The position numbers and the translations under genes are program-made. Positions 27,000 through 37,114 of a stretch of 64,000 bases of DNA are shown here, in pieces (position 1 is the first letter of the stretch; each line of letters opens with the position of its first letter). The DNA is from Octopus sinensis (taxonomy: Eukaryota). The notes below the pieces were generated by a model, which worked only from the letters and a program-made list of their open reading frames with translations, did not search any database and was not told the origin of the DNA. The stretch covers positions 11,718,001 to 11,782,000 of the forward strand of contig NC_043014.1 of the NCBI RefSeq assembly GCF_006345805.1, read 5' to 3'.

Positions 27000-27793
27000 A
27001 AATTATGTTAAAATACTAAAGAGTTAATTTATTCAGTAAAATCGCCATTGGCTTCAACCACGGCACCCAGACGACTTCGGAGTCTTCTGCAACTCTTCTG
27101 AACAGTCTCCTTGTTGTTGGTGAATGCTGCCATAATCTTTGCCTTCAGTTCATCTTTGGTGTTACAAGGAGTTTTGTTGGTCTCTCGCTCAACTGCGCCC
27201 TACACATAATAATCAAAGGGATTGCAGTCTAGGGAGTTAGGTGGCCAGATGTTAGGGGTGATGTGGTCGCAGAAATTGCCTGACAGCCATGACTGGGATC
27301 TCTTGCTTTTGTGGCATGGTTCAGAGTCCCGTTGTCAGACATAGGGTCTTCCAGCAGCTACCCTCTTTATCTAGGTCAGCATTCCCCCCTCTAGGCACTT
27401 GATGTAGGCCTCCGTGTTGAGTCTGAGGCCGTGTGGGAAGATGAATGGAGGCATAACGTTGCCATCACTAGTGATCACTACAAACACCATGATGTTGACG
27501 GGATGTTTTATTTTTATCACTCCCGGTACATGTTTTGAGGATACGGCAAGCCAACGGTAGTTCTGCGTGTTCACCATCAGTTCGTATTGAAGCTTCCGAC
27601 GCGAGGGCCAAGCTGTACAGCATGTCGTTTCCAAATTTCTGGCAGAATGAACCGCGTCATGGTGCTGTTTTTCTCACAGGCAGTGCCCAACTGACCCTAC
27701 TATACTGTGTAGTCGGCAAAATCAAAAGTAAGCACTGCCCATGCGTGAAATTAAAAATATAAAGTGGTGACAGTTTACCCATCGCACTCTGTA
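27000..27793 (-). mobile_element. maT (DD37D)-like transposon remnant
   Basis: KHPVNIMVFVVITSDGNVMPPFIFPHGLRLNTEAYIKCLE and a downstream WPPNSxDCNPFDYYV motif, with stops. TIR-like end tttacccatcgcactctgta. Confidence 0.75.
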
Positions 27794-28058
27794 CTTATGT
27801 GTGTCTGTCTTTGTCCTCCCATCACTGCTTGACAACCGGTGTTGGTGTGTTTATATCCCCCTAGCTTAGCAGTTCGGCAAAAAGAAAAAAACCCGATAGA
27901 CTAAGTACTAAGCTTGTAAAATAAGTTCTAGGGTCGATTTGTTTGACTAAAACCCTGCAAGGCAATGCTCCAGCATGGTAGCAGTTAATGACTGAAACAT
28001 TATATATAAATTATATATATATATAATATATATATTATATATATATATATATATATAC

Positions 28059-28090
<32 letters not shown>

Positions 28091-28387
28091 AGAGAATATC
28101 AGGATTAAAATCACGTTAATGATTTTTATTAAGTAGTCAGCATGCTATAAAATTTTATAGGCAATTTATACATCAAATTAATAATAATGTACGCATATAT
28201 ATATAATTAAATTAAGGGAGCAAGGGCGAAAACGCCCTATTTCCAACATGCCTGAGGTGCCGATGCCTTCAAAAAACTATCAAAAACTCCAGATGAATAT
28301 ACACATGGCTGAAAGTGGGCTAGTGAAAGTCTTTTTAATTTTCTTTTTAATTTTCACTAGCCCGCTTTCAACCATGTTTTATATTTA

Positions 28388-28800
28388 TTACTCTTTTAAC
28401 TCTTTTACTTGTTTCAGTCATTTGACTGCGGCCATGCTGGAGCACCGCCTTTAGTCGAGCAAATCGACCCCGGGACTTATTCTTTGTAAGCCCAGTACTT
28501 ATTCTATCGGTCTCTTTTGCCGAACCGCTAAGTGACGGGGACGTAAACACACCAACATCGGTTGTCAAGCAATGCTAGGGGGACAAACACAGACACACAA
28601 ACACACGCACATACATATGTATATATACATATATACGACAGGCTTCTTTCAGTTTCCGTCTATCAAATCCACTCACAAGGCATTGGTCGGCCCGGGGCTA
28701 TAGCAGAAGACACTTGCCCAAGATGCCACGCAGTGGGACTGAACCCGGAACCATGTGGTTGGCTAGCAAGCTACTTACCACACAGCCACTCCTGCGCCTA
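28388..28800 (-). mobile_element. SINE family B inserted into the right arm of a palindromic element
   Basis: Full head-to-tail copy. The flanks rejoin to complete an inverted repeat. Confidence 0.85.
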
Positions 28801-28899
28801 TCTGGAGTTTTTGATAGTTTTTTTAAGGTATCGGCACTTCAAGCATGCTGGAGATAGATCGTTTTCGTCCTTACTCCCTTAATATATATATTCCTTTTC

Positions 28900-29885
28900 C
28901 ACCGCTCGTCTCTTTGACTGAACTGCAAACCTGGATTAAGCGTAGACCGAGGAAGGACGCTTGGCTCCTCGAGTGCCTTCAAGCGCACACAGCCCTCCGC
29001 CAGGCGGGCAATGTGGTCGGTAGTAGTTCCACTCTAGTGTTTTATACAAGGTTAATGGAGGGAAAGTGCGACCACGTTCTCGGGGAAACTCTGGACCTCG
29101 ACGAAGCTCAATTAACCGGTCTGTTTCAGATAACTTTCGGGCCTGGATAACTTCCAGAAATCCTTTGCCTGGCAGTGCTACTAAGAGGTGCTTCCTGTTC
29201 GGGATAAACTTTACAAGCATAGAAGTGCCGTCAGCTGGGCCTGCCCGAGATACGCACAGAGAGACGAAACCGTTCTGCATGCCCTCGTCCAGTGCTCGGG
29301 CATTGCTGACCTGTGGGTTTATGATGAGCACCTGCCGTCGCATATAGGACGGATCCGGCTATCAGCTGAGTCCATAGTGAAGATTGCTCCACCACCCTCC
29401 TCTGGCTGAGAGGGGAAGGCAATTTTAATTTGTCTGGTGGCTGTAGCGAAAGAGGTAGTATGTTGGACTCGTTTGAAAGGACTAAAGTCAGACACTTTCT
29501 TCTTTGGCCAAACCCTCATCAACTTCTTCAAGTTTCACTTGAAAAGTGAGGGTAGAGAGAGAAGTGTTGCCTTCTAACAAATTTGTTTAAAGGTGGGTGA
29601 ATGTTGGAAGAATGGCCAGTGTGAAAGGACCACTTCTGAGCATACACCAGAGAAAGTTAAGAGAAGGGCTCATACTCTGTTGATCAGACACCCGTGGAGT
29701 TTGTGGGGTTTTCCACGAGGACCTTTAAAGTGCCTCCCCATTTGGGGAGTTTTATATTCTTTAGATATCATTGTTATTTATTGTGTACACGCTGAAAACC
29801 TTTTGTCTTGTCTTGTGTTGCCTTTTAAGTTGTTGCATGTCCTTTAATATTGTTTTATGTAAGCCCTTGCGGCTAATAAAAGAAT
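28900..29885 (+). mobile_element. L1/Tx1-clade LINE 3' fragment (zf-RVT region)
   Basis: LAWQC..LPVRDKLYKH...ACPR...DETVLHALVQCSGIADLW zinc-binding motif with frameshifts. Ends at AATAAA near 29875. Confidence 0.7.
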
Positions 29886-29895
29886 TAATTATTAA

Positions 29896-30505
29896 GGCGG
29901 CGAGCTGGCAGAATCGTTAGCACACCGGGCGAAATACTTAGCGGTATCTCGTCTGCCGTTACGTTCTGAGTTCATATTCCACCGAGGTCGACTTTGCTTT
30001 TCATCCTTTCGGGGTCGATTAAATAAGTACCAGTTACGCACTGGGGTCGATGTAATCGACTTAATCCGTTTGTCTGTCCTTGTTCGTCCCCTCTGTGTTT
30101 AGCCCCTTATGGGTAGTAAAGAAATAGAAATAGGTATTTCGTCTGCCGCTACGTTCTGAGTTTAAATTCTGCCGAGGTCGACTTTGCCTTTCATCCTTTC
30201 GGGGTCGATAAATTAAGTACCAGTCACGACTTAATCGACTTAATCTCTTTGTCTGTCCTTGTTTGTCCCCTCTGTGTTTAGCCCCTTGTGGGCAATAAAG
30301 AAATAAGAATCGTTCGCACGCCAGGCAAAATGTTTAGCGGTATTTCGACCGTCTTTTTACGTTCTGAGTTTAAATTCCGCCGAGCTCGACTTTGTCTTTC
30401 ATCCTATGGGGAACGATATAATTAGTACCAGTTGATCACTGGGGATGATGTCATCGACTTACTCTCTCTACCCCGAAATTGCTGGCCTTGTGCCAAAATT
30501 TGAAA
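29896..30505 (+). mobile_element. SINE family A multimer
   Basis: Starts ggcggcgagctggcagaatcgttagc, followed by three B-box/body repeats. Confidence 0.85.
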
Positions 30506-30794
30506 CCGATGTGTGACGTAGGCAGATCTTCACGCTCAGAGTTGTTGAAGCATGGAACAAACTGCCTGCGCCAATTGTTGACTGCCATAACACTGCATCC
30601 TTTAAGGCCCTCATGCTTTCCGAAATCCGCCGAAACTACACCTGATTATACATACACTTTAGATGAGTTGTAGTGCACCTGAGCACTGTACACAATGTTT
30701 TATTATTATTTTATTATTATTATTATTCACCGTGCGACGACAAGGATTCAACTGCATGATAAACTGCATTACCTATTCCCGAGTTAACATATAT

Positions 30795-31216
30795 GTGGCT
30801 AATTTGTCCTACGAAGAAAGGCTGAGGACGCTCGACCTTTATTCTCTTGAAAAACGCCGCCGCCGTGGTGATCTCATTCTCGCCCACAACATCATAAGCG
30901 GAAAGTGTAACCTCTCGAAAGAGCTGTTCTTCACTCCTGCTCCAGAGCGTCGGCTGCGGGGTCATTCCGAAAAGCTCTACCTGCGACGATTTCATCTCAA
31001 TCGAAGGAGAGGAGCTTTCTCCGTCCGGGTTGCGGATCCGTGGAACAAGCAGCCAGACGAGATGGTGAAGATGCCGACGACCGCTTTGTTCAAAGCCTCC
31101 CTGGACCTCAAGTGGCCTGAACTCTTTACATGAACACCACCCTGTACTTAACTCCATGTCCCCCTACATGGCCTTGCTATTTGCTTTTGAGCCAAATTAA
31201 CTAACTAACTAACTAA
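30795..31216 (+). mobile_element. CR1-clade LINE 3' end with (TAAC)n tail
   Basis: LSYEERLRTLDLYSLEKRRRRGDLI...RLRGHSEKL...FSVRVADPWNK...FKASLD. A related fragment lies at ~58965-59200, and a second CR1-type 3' end at ~30510-30725 has a (TTA)n tail. Confidence 0.9.
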
Positions 31217-31410
31217 GGACAGTGTAATTCACGGATAGAATCAGCGTGACACCGTGTGTGATATAACTGTGCCTTTTGAATAGCAGATATATTCCACCAG
31301 ATCAGCTTCTTTAGCCAGGTTTTTTCACGCAGGGCATGGATTGACTGACTCGAAGCAATAAATAATTACATTTGTCCTAGAAGCTAGGCAGTAGAAGCGA
31401 GCTCCTTAAC

Positions 31411-31456
<46 letters not shown>

Positions 31457-32893
31457 GTACGTGATGATCAAGGTTGGAGGGCCTTTGATCTTAGATCTGT
31501 TCGATGACGGTTGATGAAAAAGAAATGAAAAAATCTCGTATTAAAAAATAAAGAAAAGACGGTTATCAAGACGAGTTCATATGCCAAGGGAAATAATTCG
31601 TGAAAGAAAATAAGTCGTAACGAAAGAAAACAAGTGTTAAAGGGGACATAATTCTAAGTCTCAGGGAAGCAAAAACATTAAATCGGTTGTTTTCGTTGAC
31701 TTCTAATCTGTTGAACAGGAAAAACCCAAGGAAATCTCGAAATAACAACCTGCTGTTTTTATAAATGGAAGCTGATGTGTCACAGCGGTTACTAACAATG
31801 GTTCCCAATCATTTTATTTAAATGAGTTTTCCCTATGTGTGTGTTTGTGTGTGTATATATAAAAATATTTATCAGTTAGAAAAAAAATACCTTTAATCAA
31901 TTCAATAATGAAGAATTAAATTATACCATTTAGAAAAAAATTACATCTTATAGATTAAATGTAAGATAAAACATATAATGATGATTAAGTAATGTACAAA
32001 ATAATAAATAAAACGTATATATTTGGTTTTATTTATTATTTTATACATTACATAATCATTGTTATGTTTTATCTTATATTTCATCTTTCTATAATATGTA
32101 TTTTTTCTAAATGGTATAATATAATTTTTATTATTGAATTGATAAAATTGTTTTTTTTCTAGTATATATATTAGGAGTGGCTGTGTGGTAAGTAGCTTGC
32201 TAACCAACCACATGGTTCCGGGTTCAGTCTCACTGCGTGGCATCTTGGGCAAGTGTCTCCTGCTATAGCCCCGGGCCGACCAATGCCTTGTGAGTGGATT
32301 TGGTAGACGGAAACTGAAAGAAGCTTGTCGTATATATGTATATATGTATATATATGTATGCGTGTGTGTGTTTGTGTGTCTGTGTTTGTCCTCCTAGCAT
32401 TGCTTGACAACCGATGCTGGTGTGTTTACGTCCCCGTCACTTAGCGGTTCGGCAAAAAGAGACCGATAGAATAAGTACTGGGTTTACAAAGAATAAGTCC
32501 CGTGGCTGCAGTCAAATGACTGAAACAAGTAAAAGAGTAAAGAGTAAATGTCTGAGACCCCCTTCGGTCATGACTGACCATGGGATTGCACCTAGAAAGT
32601 TACCCTCCCAGGCACAAGTCCGGGCAAGGTTATTTATGGAAGACCGGAAGACCAGCAGTCGCCCTTGTGTACCGGCTTCTGCTCTCCATACACCAGTGTT
32701 ATCCAAGGGAAAGGCAAAGGCCAATACAGCTTGGCACCTGTGACTTCGCAACTCATTTTTACAGCTGAGTGAACTGGATCAACATGAAATAAAGTGTCTT
32801 GCTCAAGAACACAACACGCAGCCTGATCAGGGATTCAAACTCACAACATCATGATCGTAAGCTTGACACTCTAACTATTGAGCCATGCGCCTT

Positions 32894-32951
<58 letters not shown>

Positions 32952-33089
32952 TTTGAATTTAGTTCACGGACTCCCTGAACTGCTTTTACGGACCACCAGG
33001 GATCTGCGAACGCCAGGCTGGGAACCACTGGGCTAGGATAATGTTGTCCTGGATGCTCTGTCTTGAGAAACTGAATGAATAAAGGCACA

Positions 33090-34090
33090 AGCGTTGCTGA
33101 GTGGTAAGAAGCTTGCTTCCCGGGTTCAGTCCCACTGCGTGGCACCTTGGGCAAGTGTCTTCTACTACAGCCCCGGGCCGAATAAAACCTTGTGAGTAGA
33201 TTTGGTAGATGGAAAACTGAAAGAAGCCTGTCGTATAAGTGTGTATGTGTGTGTGTGTATGTGTGTATGTGTGTGTGTGTGTTCACTACAGCCACTTGAC
33301 CAAAGGTGCTGGTTTGTTTACATCCCCGTAAGCTAGTGGTTCGACAAAAGAAAACTGATAGAATAAGCTAGTGTTTTCTATTGTAGCCCCGGGCCGAATA
33401 AAACCTTGTGAGAGGATTTGGTAGATGGAAAACTGAAAGAAGCCTGCCATATAAGTGTGTATGTGTGTGTGTGTGTGTGTGTTCACTACAACCACTTGAC
33501 AACTGGTGCTAGTTTGTTTACGTCCCCACAACCTAGCGGTTCGACAAAAGAAAACCGATAGAATAAGCATCAGGCCTTAAAGAAAATAAATACTGGGGGT
33601 CTTCACATTCAACTAAGAATTCATCAAGGCAGTACTCCAGCATGGCCACAGTCTAATTACTTAAACAAGTAAAAGATATTACTCTTTTACTCTTTTCTCT
33701 TTTACTTGTTTCAGTCATTTGACTGCGGCCATGCTGGAGCACCGCCTTTAGTCGAGCAAATCGACCCCGGGACTTATTCTTTTGTAAGCCCAGTACTTAT
33801 TCTATCGGTCTCTTTTGCCGAACCGCTAAGTAACGGGGACATAAACACAGCAGCATCGGTTGTCAAGCAATGCTAGGGGGACAAACACAGACACACAAAC
33901 ACACACACACATATATATATATATACATATATACGACGGGCTTCTTTCAGTTTCCGTCTACCAAATCCACTCACAAGGCTTTGGTCGGCCCGAGGCTATA
34001 GTAGAAGACACTTGCCCAAGGTGCCACACAGTGGGACTGAACCCGGAACCATGTGGTTGGTAAACAAGCTACTTACCACACAGCCACTCC
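33090..34090. mobile_element. Tail-to-tail SINE family B copies (plus ~33090-33680 with internal duplication, minus ~33680-34090)
   Basis: Tails meet at aagtaaaagat/attactcttttac near 33680. Other plus-strand copies lie at ~21458-21840, 25301-25750, 32173-32545, 53971-54428 and 59215-59520. Confidence 0.8.
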
Positions 34091-35152
34091 ACCACCAAGA
34101 ACCACCACCACACACACATGAAGTGTGTGTGTGTGCATGTGTGTGTGTGTGTGTGTGTGTATAATACATATATATATATATAAATTAATAAATGAATAAA
34201 TAAATAAAAGATTGAATGATCAAGGGTTAGTTTTTTATTTTTGCGAAACAGAGGTTGTTTTGGAGTTAAACAGCAACCGAAATAATAATGAAATACAAAT
34301 AATAAAAAAAATTTAATCAAATATATATATATATATATAAAGGCAGTGCTCCAGCATGGCCGCAGTCAAATGACTGAAACAAGTAAAAGAGTAAAGAAAA
34401 TATTTGTAGGATATCTTCCCTTTGAAAAAAAAGTTATAAATATACAAATAAATTTTACAAATGTATTTATAAACTACATTTTATAAACACAGAGGGTAAT
34501 TTTAGTTTAGTTTTGGTCAAATTCTTTATAATGTCGAAAAAAAAAAGCAAAAAAAATTCTCAAGAACCACCACCACACACACATAAAGTGTGTGTGTGCA
34601 TGTGTGTGAGTGTGTGTGTGTGTGTGTGTATAATACATATATATATATACATACATATACATATATATATATATATATACATACATACATGCATACATAC
34701 ATACTTACATATATACATACACATACATACATATATATATATACATACATACATATATATACATACATACATATATATACATACATACATACATATATAC
34801 ATACATACATATATACATATATATACATACATATATACATATATACATATATATACATACATATATACATATATACATATATATACATACATATATACAT
34901 ATATACATACATACATACATATATATTGGTAAAAACGGTAAGATAACAAAAGGAAGAAAGAGACCTCAATATTATGTAAATAGAGGAATTCATCTGTAAA
35001 ATAATATGTGACAATTATTCGGTAGCCAAGATAAAACTCTAAGTTTCAGATGCCGAGGGGGAAATCCACAACACCATCTCTTCGGTTATCTGGCATCCGA
35101 AACTCAGAGTTTTATCTTGGCTACCAAATAATTGTCACATAATATTTTACAG

Positions 35153-35192
<40 letters not shown>

Positions 35193-36013
35193 ATGTATAT
35201 ATATCACATGGTGCTATTAATTTGACATAGTTAGGGCCAGTCTTTAGTTGAAACATATCTATGTCATATATATATATATATATATATACTTTATTTAAAG
35301 CAGCAGAAAATTCTTTAATTCGGCAACGCGAAACTCAGAGTAACAGGTTTTGTGGAATTTTCTGCTGCTTTAAATAAAGCATATTACTCTACCACTGGTA
35401 TTTGAGTACTCTTTTTTCCACCTTGTTTCACATTTATGTATTTACTCCGATATATATATATATACTCAGAGTCCATAAAAAAAAATGTATACACACTTCA
35501 GGAAAGTGTTATTGCAAATTATTCGGTGTTGCCACAATTTAATAAAACATCGAAAAACTATTTATATTTATAGGGGTACTTATAAAAGTTAGTAATTTGT
35601 TTTTCACAGTTTAAACTCAAAGGGAAAAAGATATAAATAACAGCAGGTAATATTTGGGTTAGACCGCCCCCCCCCCCACGACCACCACCACTTCAACTTT
35701 TTCTGTCCAAAAAAGGGTTGTTTAATCCAATATTGACAAACTATTGTTTATAGATTTTGAGTCCCACAGTTTGAAATGAATATAATAATTCACTTCCCTG
35801 TTTTGTTCGAAATTTAAATATCATCAAATACATACTTATTTACTTTTGGTGTTGGTTGGTCGATGCCTTTAAATTCTATATCATTTGGAGAATTCCAAAA
35901 AAATAGAAAAGAACAAATTTTAAACTGTACCTCTGTTTTTATGGAAGTTCTTTTATAATTGATGTAAATTAAGTGTGAGAACAGAGCACAGGTCGAATGA
36001 TGAACCAATTCCA

Positions 36014-37114
36014 TTAGATAAAATCATTTTCAAATTGAATATGCTTTTGGAATTCTGTGTAAATTTTCAATTCTTTTGGTTGCAATAATTCCAAACAATC
36101 TTTGACAAAATCAACCACTGTTGGAATATGTCCATTTAATGAAAGCGTTTGCCATTTATTTCCAAAAAGTTTAAAGAATTCTTTGTTTTCTTGCATCAAA
36201 TTTTGCGATTCCATCCAAAATTGGTTACTTTGTACAAGAAGTTCTATTATTTCGACATAATCATTATTCAAAGAAAGCCATCGTCTTGAGACAATTATTG
36301 AATGGAAATTTTCATTCTGTGATAAATTAGAATGTTGTTGAATATAATTACCGAACTGCTGAGAAGGAAAATACTTACCAAACAACGTCTTTGATTCTTT
36401 GGTTAAATCAATTTTGAGCTGTTTCATTTTGAAATTTCTTAAGAGATAAATTTTTTGAGCTGCCGCAGTTTGGAGCAAAAGTTTCAATGCTTCCATCCTG
36501 GAATCATTAAAATGGCCAATTTTACCCAAAAACTCGAAGGTAGTCTGAAAAAATGTTACTACAGAATTATGGGGTACTCGTTCTTCTTCCATTCTATGGC
36601 CACACATAATATACCACATTGCGGACATCAAATTCAAAAACTTTTGAGCTGCTGGCTGCATTATTTTAGCCTGGTCTTTCAGATAATTGGCCCTTGCATT
36701 GTAAGAACCTGAATCATTGAAGCAGTGGGTTTCTAACAACCCAGATCCTAACAAGTGTGTATTTGTGTTGAATAGGCCCTCACTCTTTATTCTCCTGTGC
36801 TTCTGAGGATATGGATCTGACCTTAAAGTTTTAATGTCTTTCTGAATACAACAATATGGTATTTTATGAAGTAAAATAGTTTTTATTTTCACCATGATGG
36901 ATATATTCCAATTTTTTCTACTAAAATAGGAATGCTGCATTCTCTTTTTATAATTCTCATCAAATTTAGACTTCATTTTTATTTTTAGTTTGCTATCCAA
37001 TAAAGTCAATGGAATTTTGATGACCAATTTCTTTTCCCTTTGAGTCAGAGAATAAATAGGGAGTCTCAGAAGTGAGCATCTGTGATTGAAGATGTCAAAG
37101 GGCTGACTTTGTAT
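36014..37114 (-). CDS. AF4/FMR2-like protein, C-terminal part (AF9/ENL-binding motif + C-terminal homology domain)
   Basis: The frame is open from 37114 to the stop at 36014. KLVIKIPLTLL matches the LxVxIxLxxL AF9/ENL-binding motif. ARANYLKDQAKIM...AMWYIMCGHRMEEE...FFQTTFEFL and QSNQFWMESQNLMQENKEFF...LSLNGHIPTVVDFVKDCLELLQ align by eye to the AFF CHD (EAKxLKHKADAM...FIECGNAME...ELWEQAExLxKENKEFF...LxxxxxMxxLVxYxxxGLxWLR). Confidence 0.75.
   Translation of the reverse strand: MQSQPFDIFNHRCSLLRLPIYSLTQREKKLVIKIPLTLLDSKLKIKMKSKFDENYKKRMQHSYFSRKNWNISIMVKIKTILLHKIPYCCIQKDIKTLRSDPYPQKHRRIKSEGLFNTNTHLLGSGLLETHCFNDSGSYNARANYLKDQAKIMQPAAQKFLNLMSAMWYIMCGHRMEEERVPHNSVVTFFQTTFEFLGKIGHFNDSRMEALKLLLQTAAAQKIYLLRNFKMKQLKIDLTKESKTLFGKYFPSQQFGNYIQQHSNLSQNENFHSIIVSRRWLSLNNDYVEIIELLVQSNQFWMESQNLMQENKEFFKLFGNKWQTLSLNGHIPTVVDFVKDCLELLQPKELKIYTEFQKHIQFENDFI

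Noticed and set aside
34098-34650. ~80-bp direct repeat (caagaaccaccaccacacacac...) at ~34098 and ~34561
   Set aside because: It is mostly microsatellite; a local duplication or assembly slip with no further structure.
37045-37068. A-to-I editing or readthrough of the ORF1 TGA to join the two AFF ORFs
   Set aside because: The same frame hits another TGA seven codons later and ORF2 is in a different frame.
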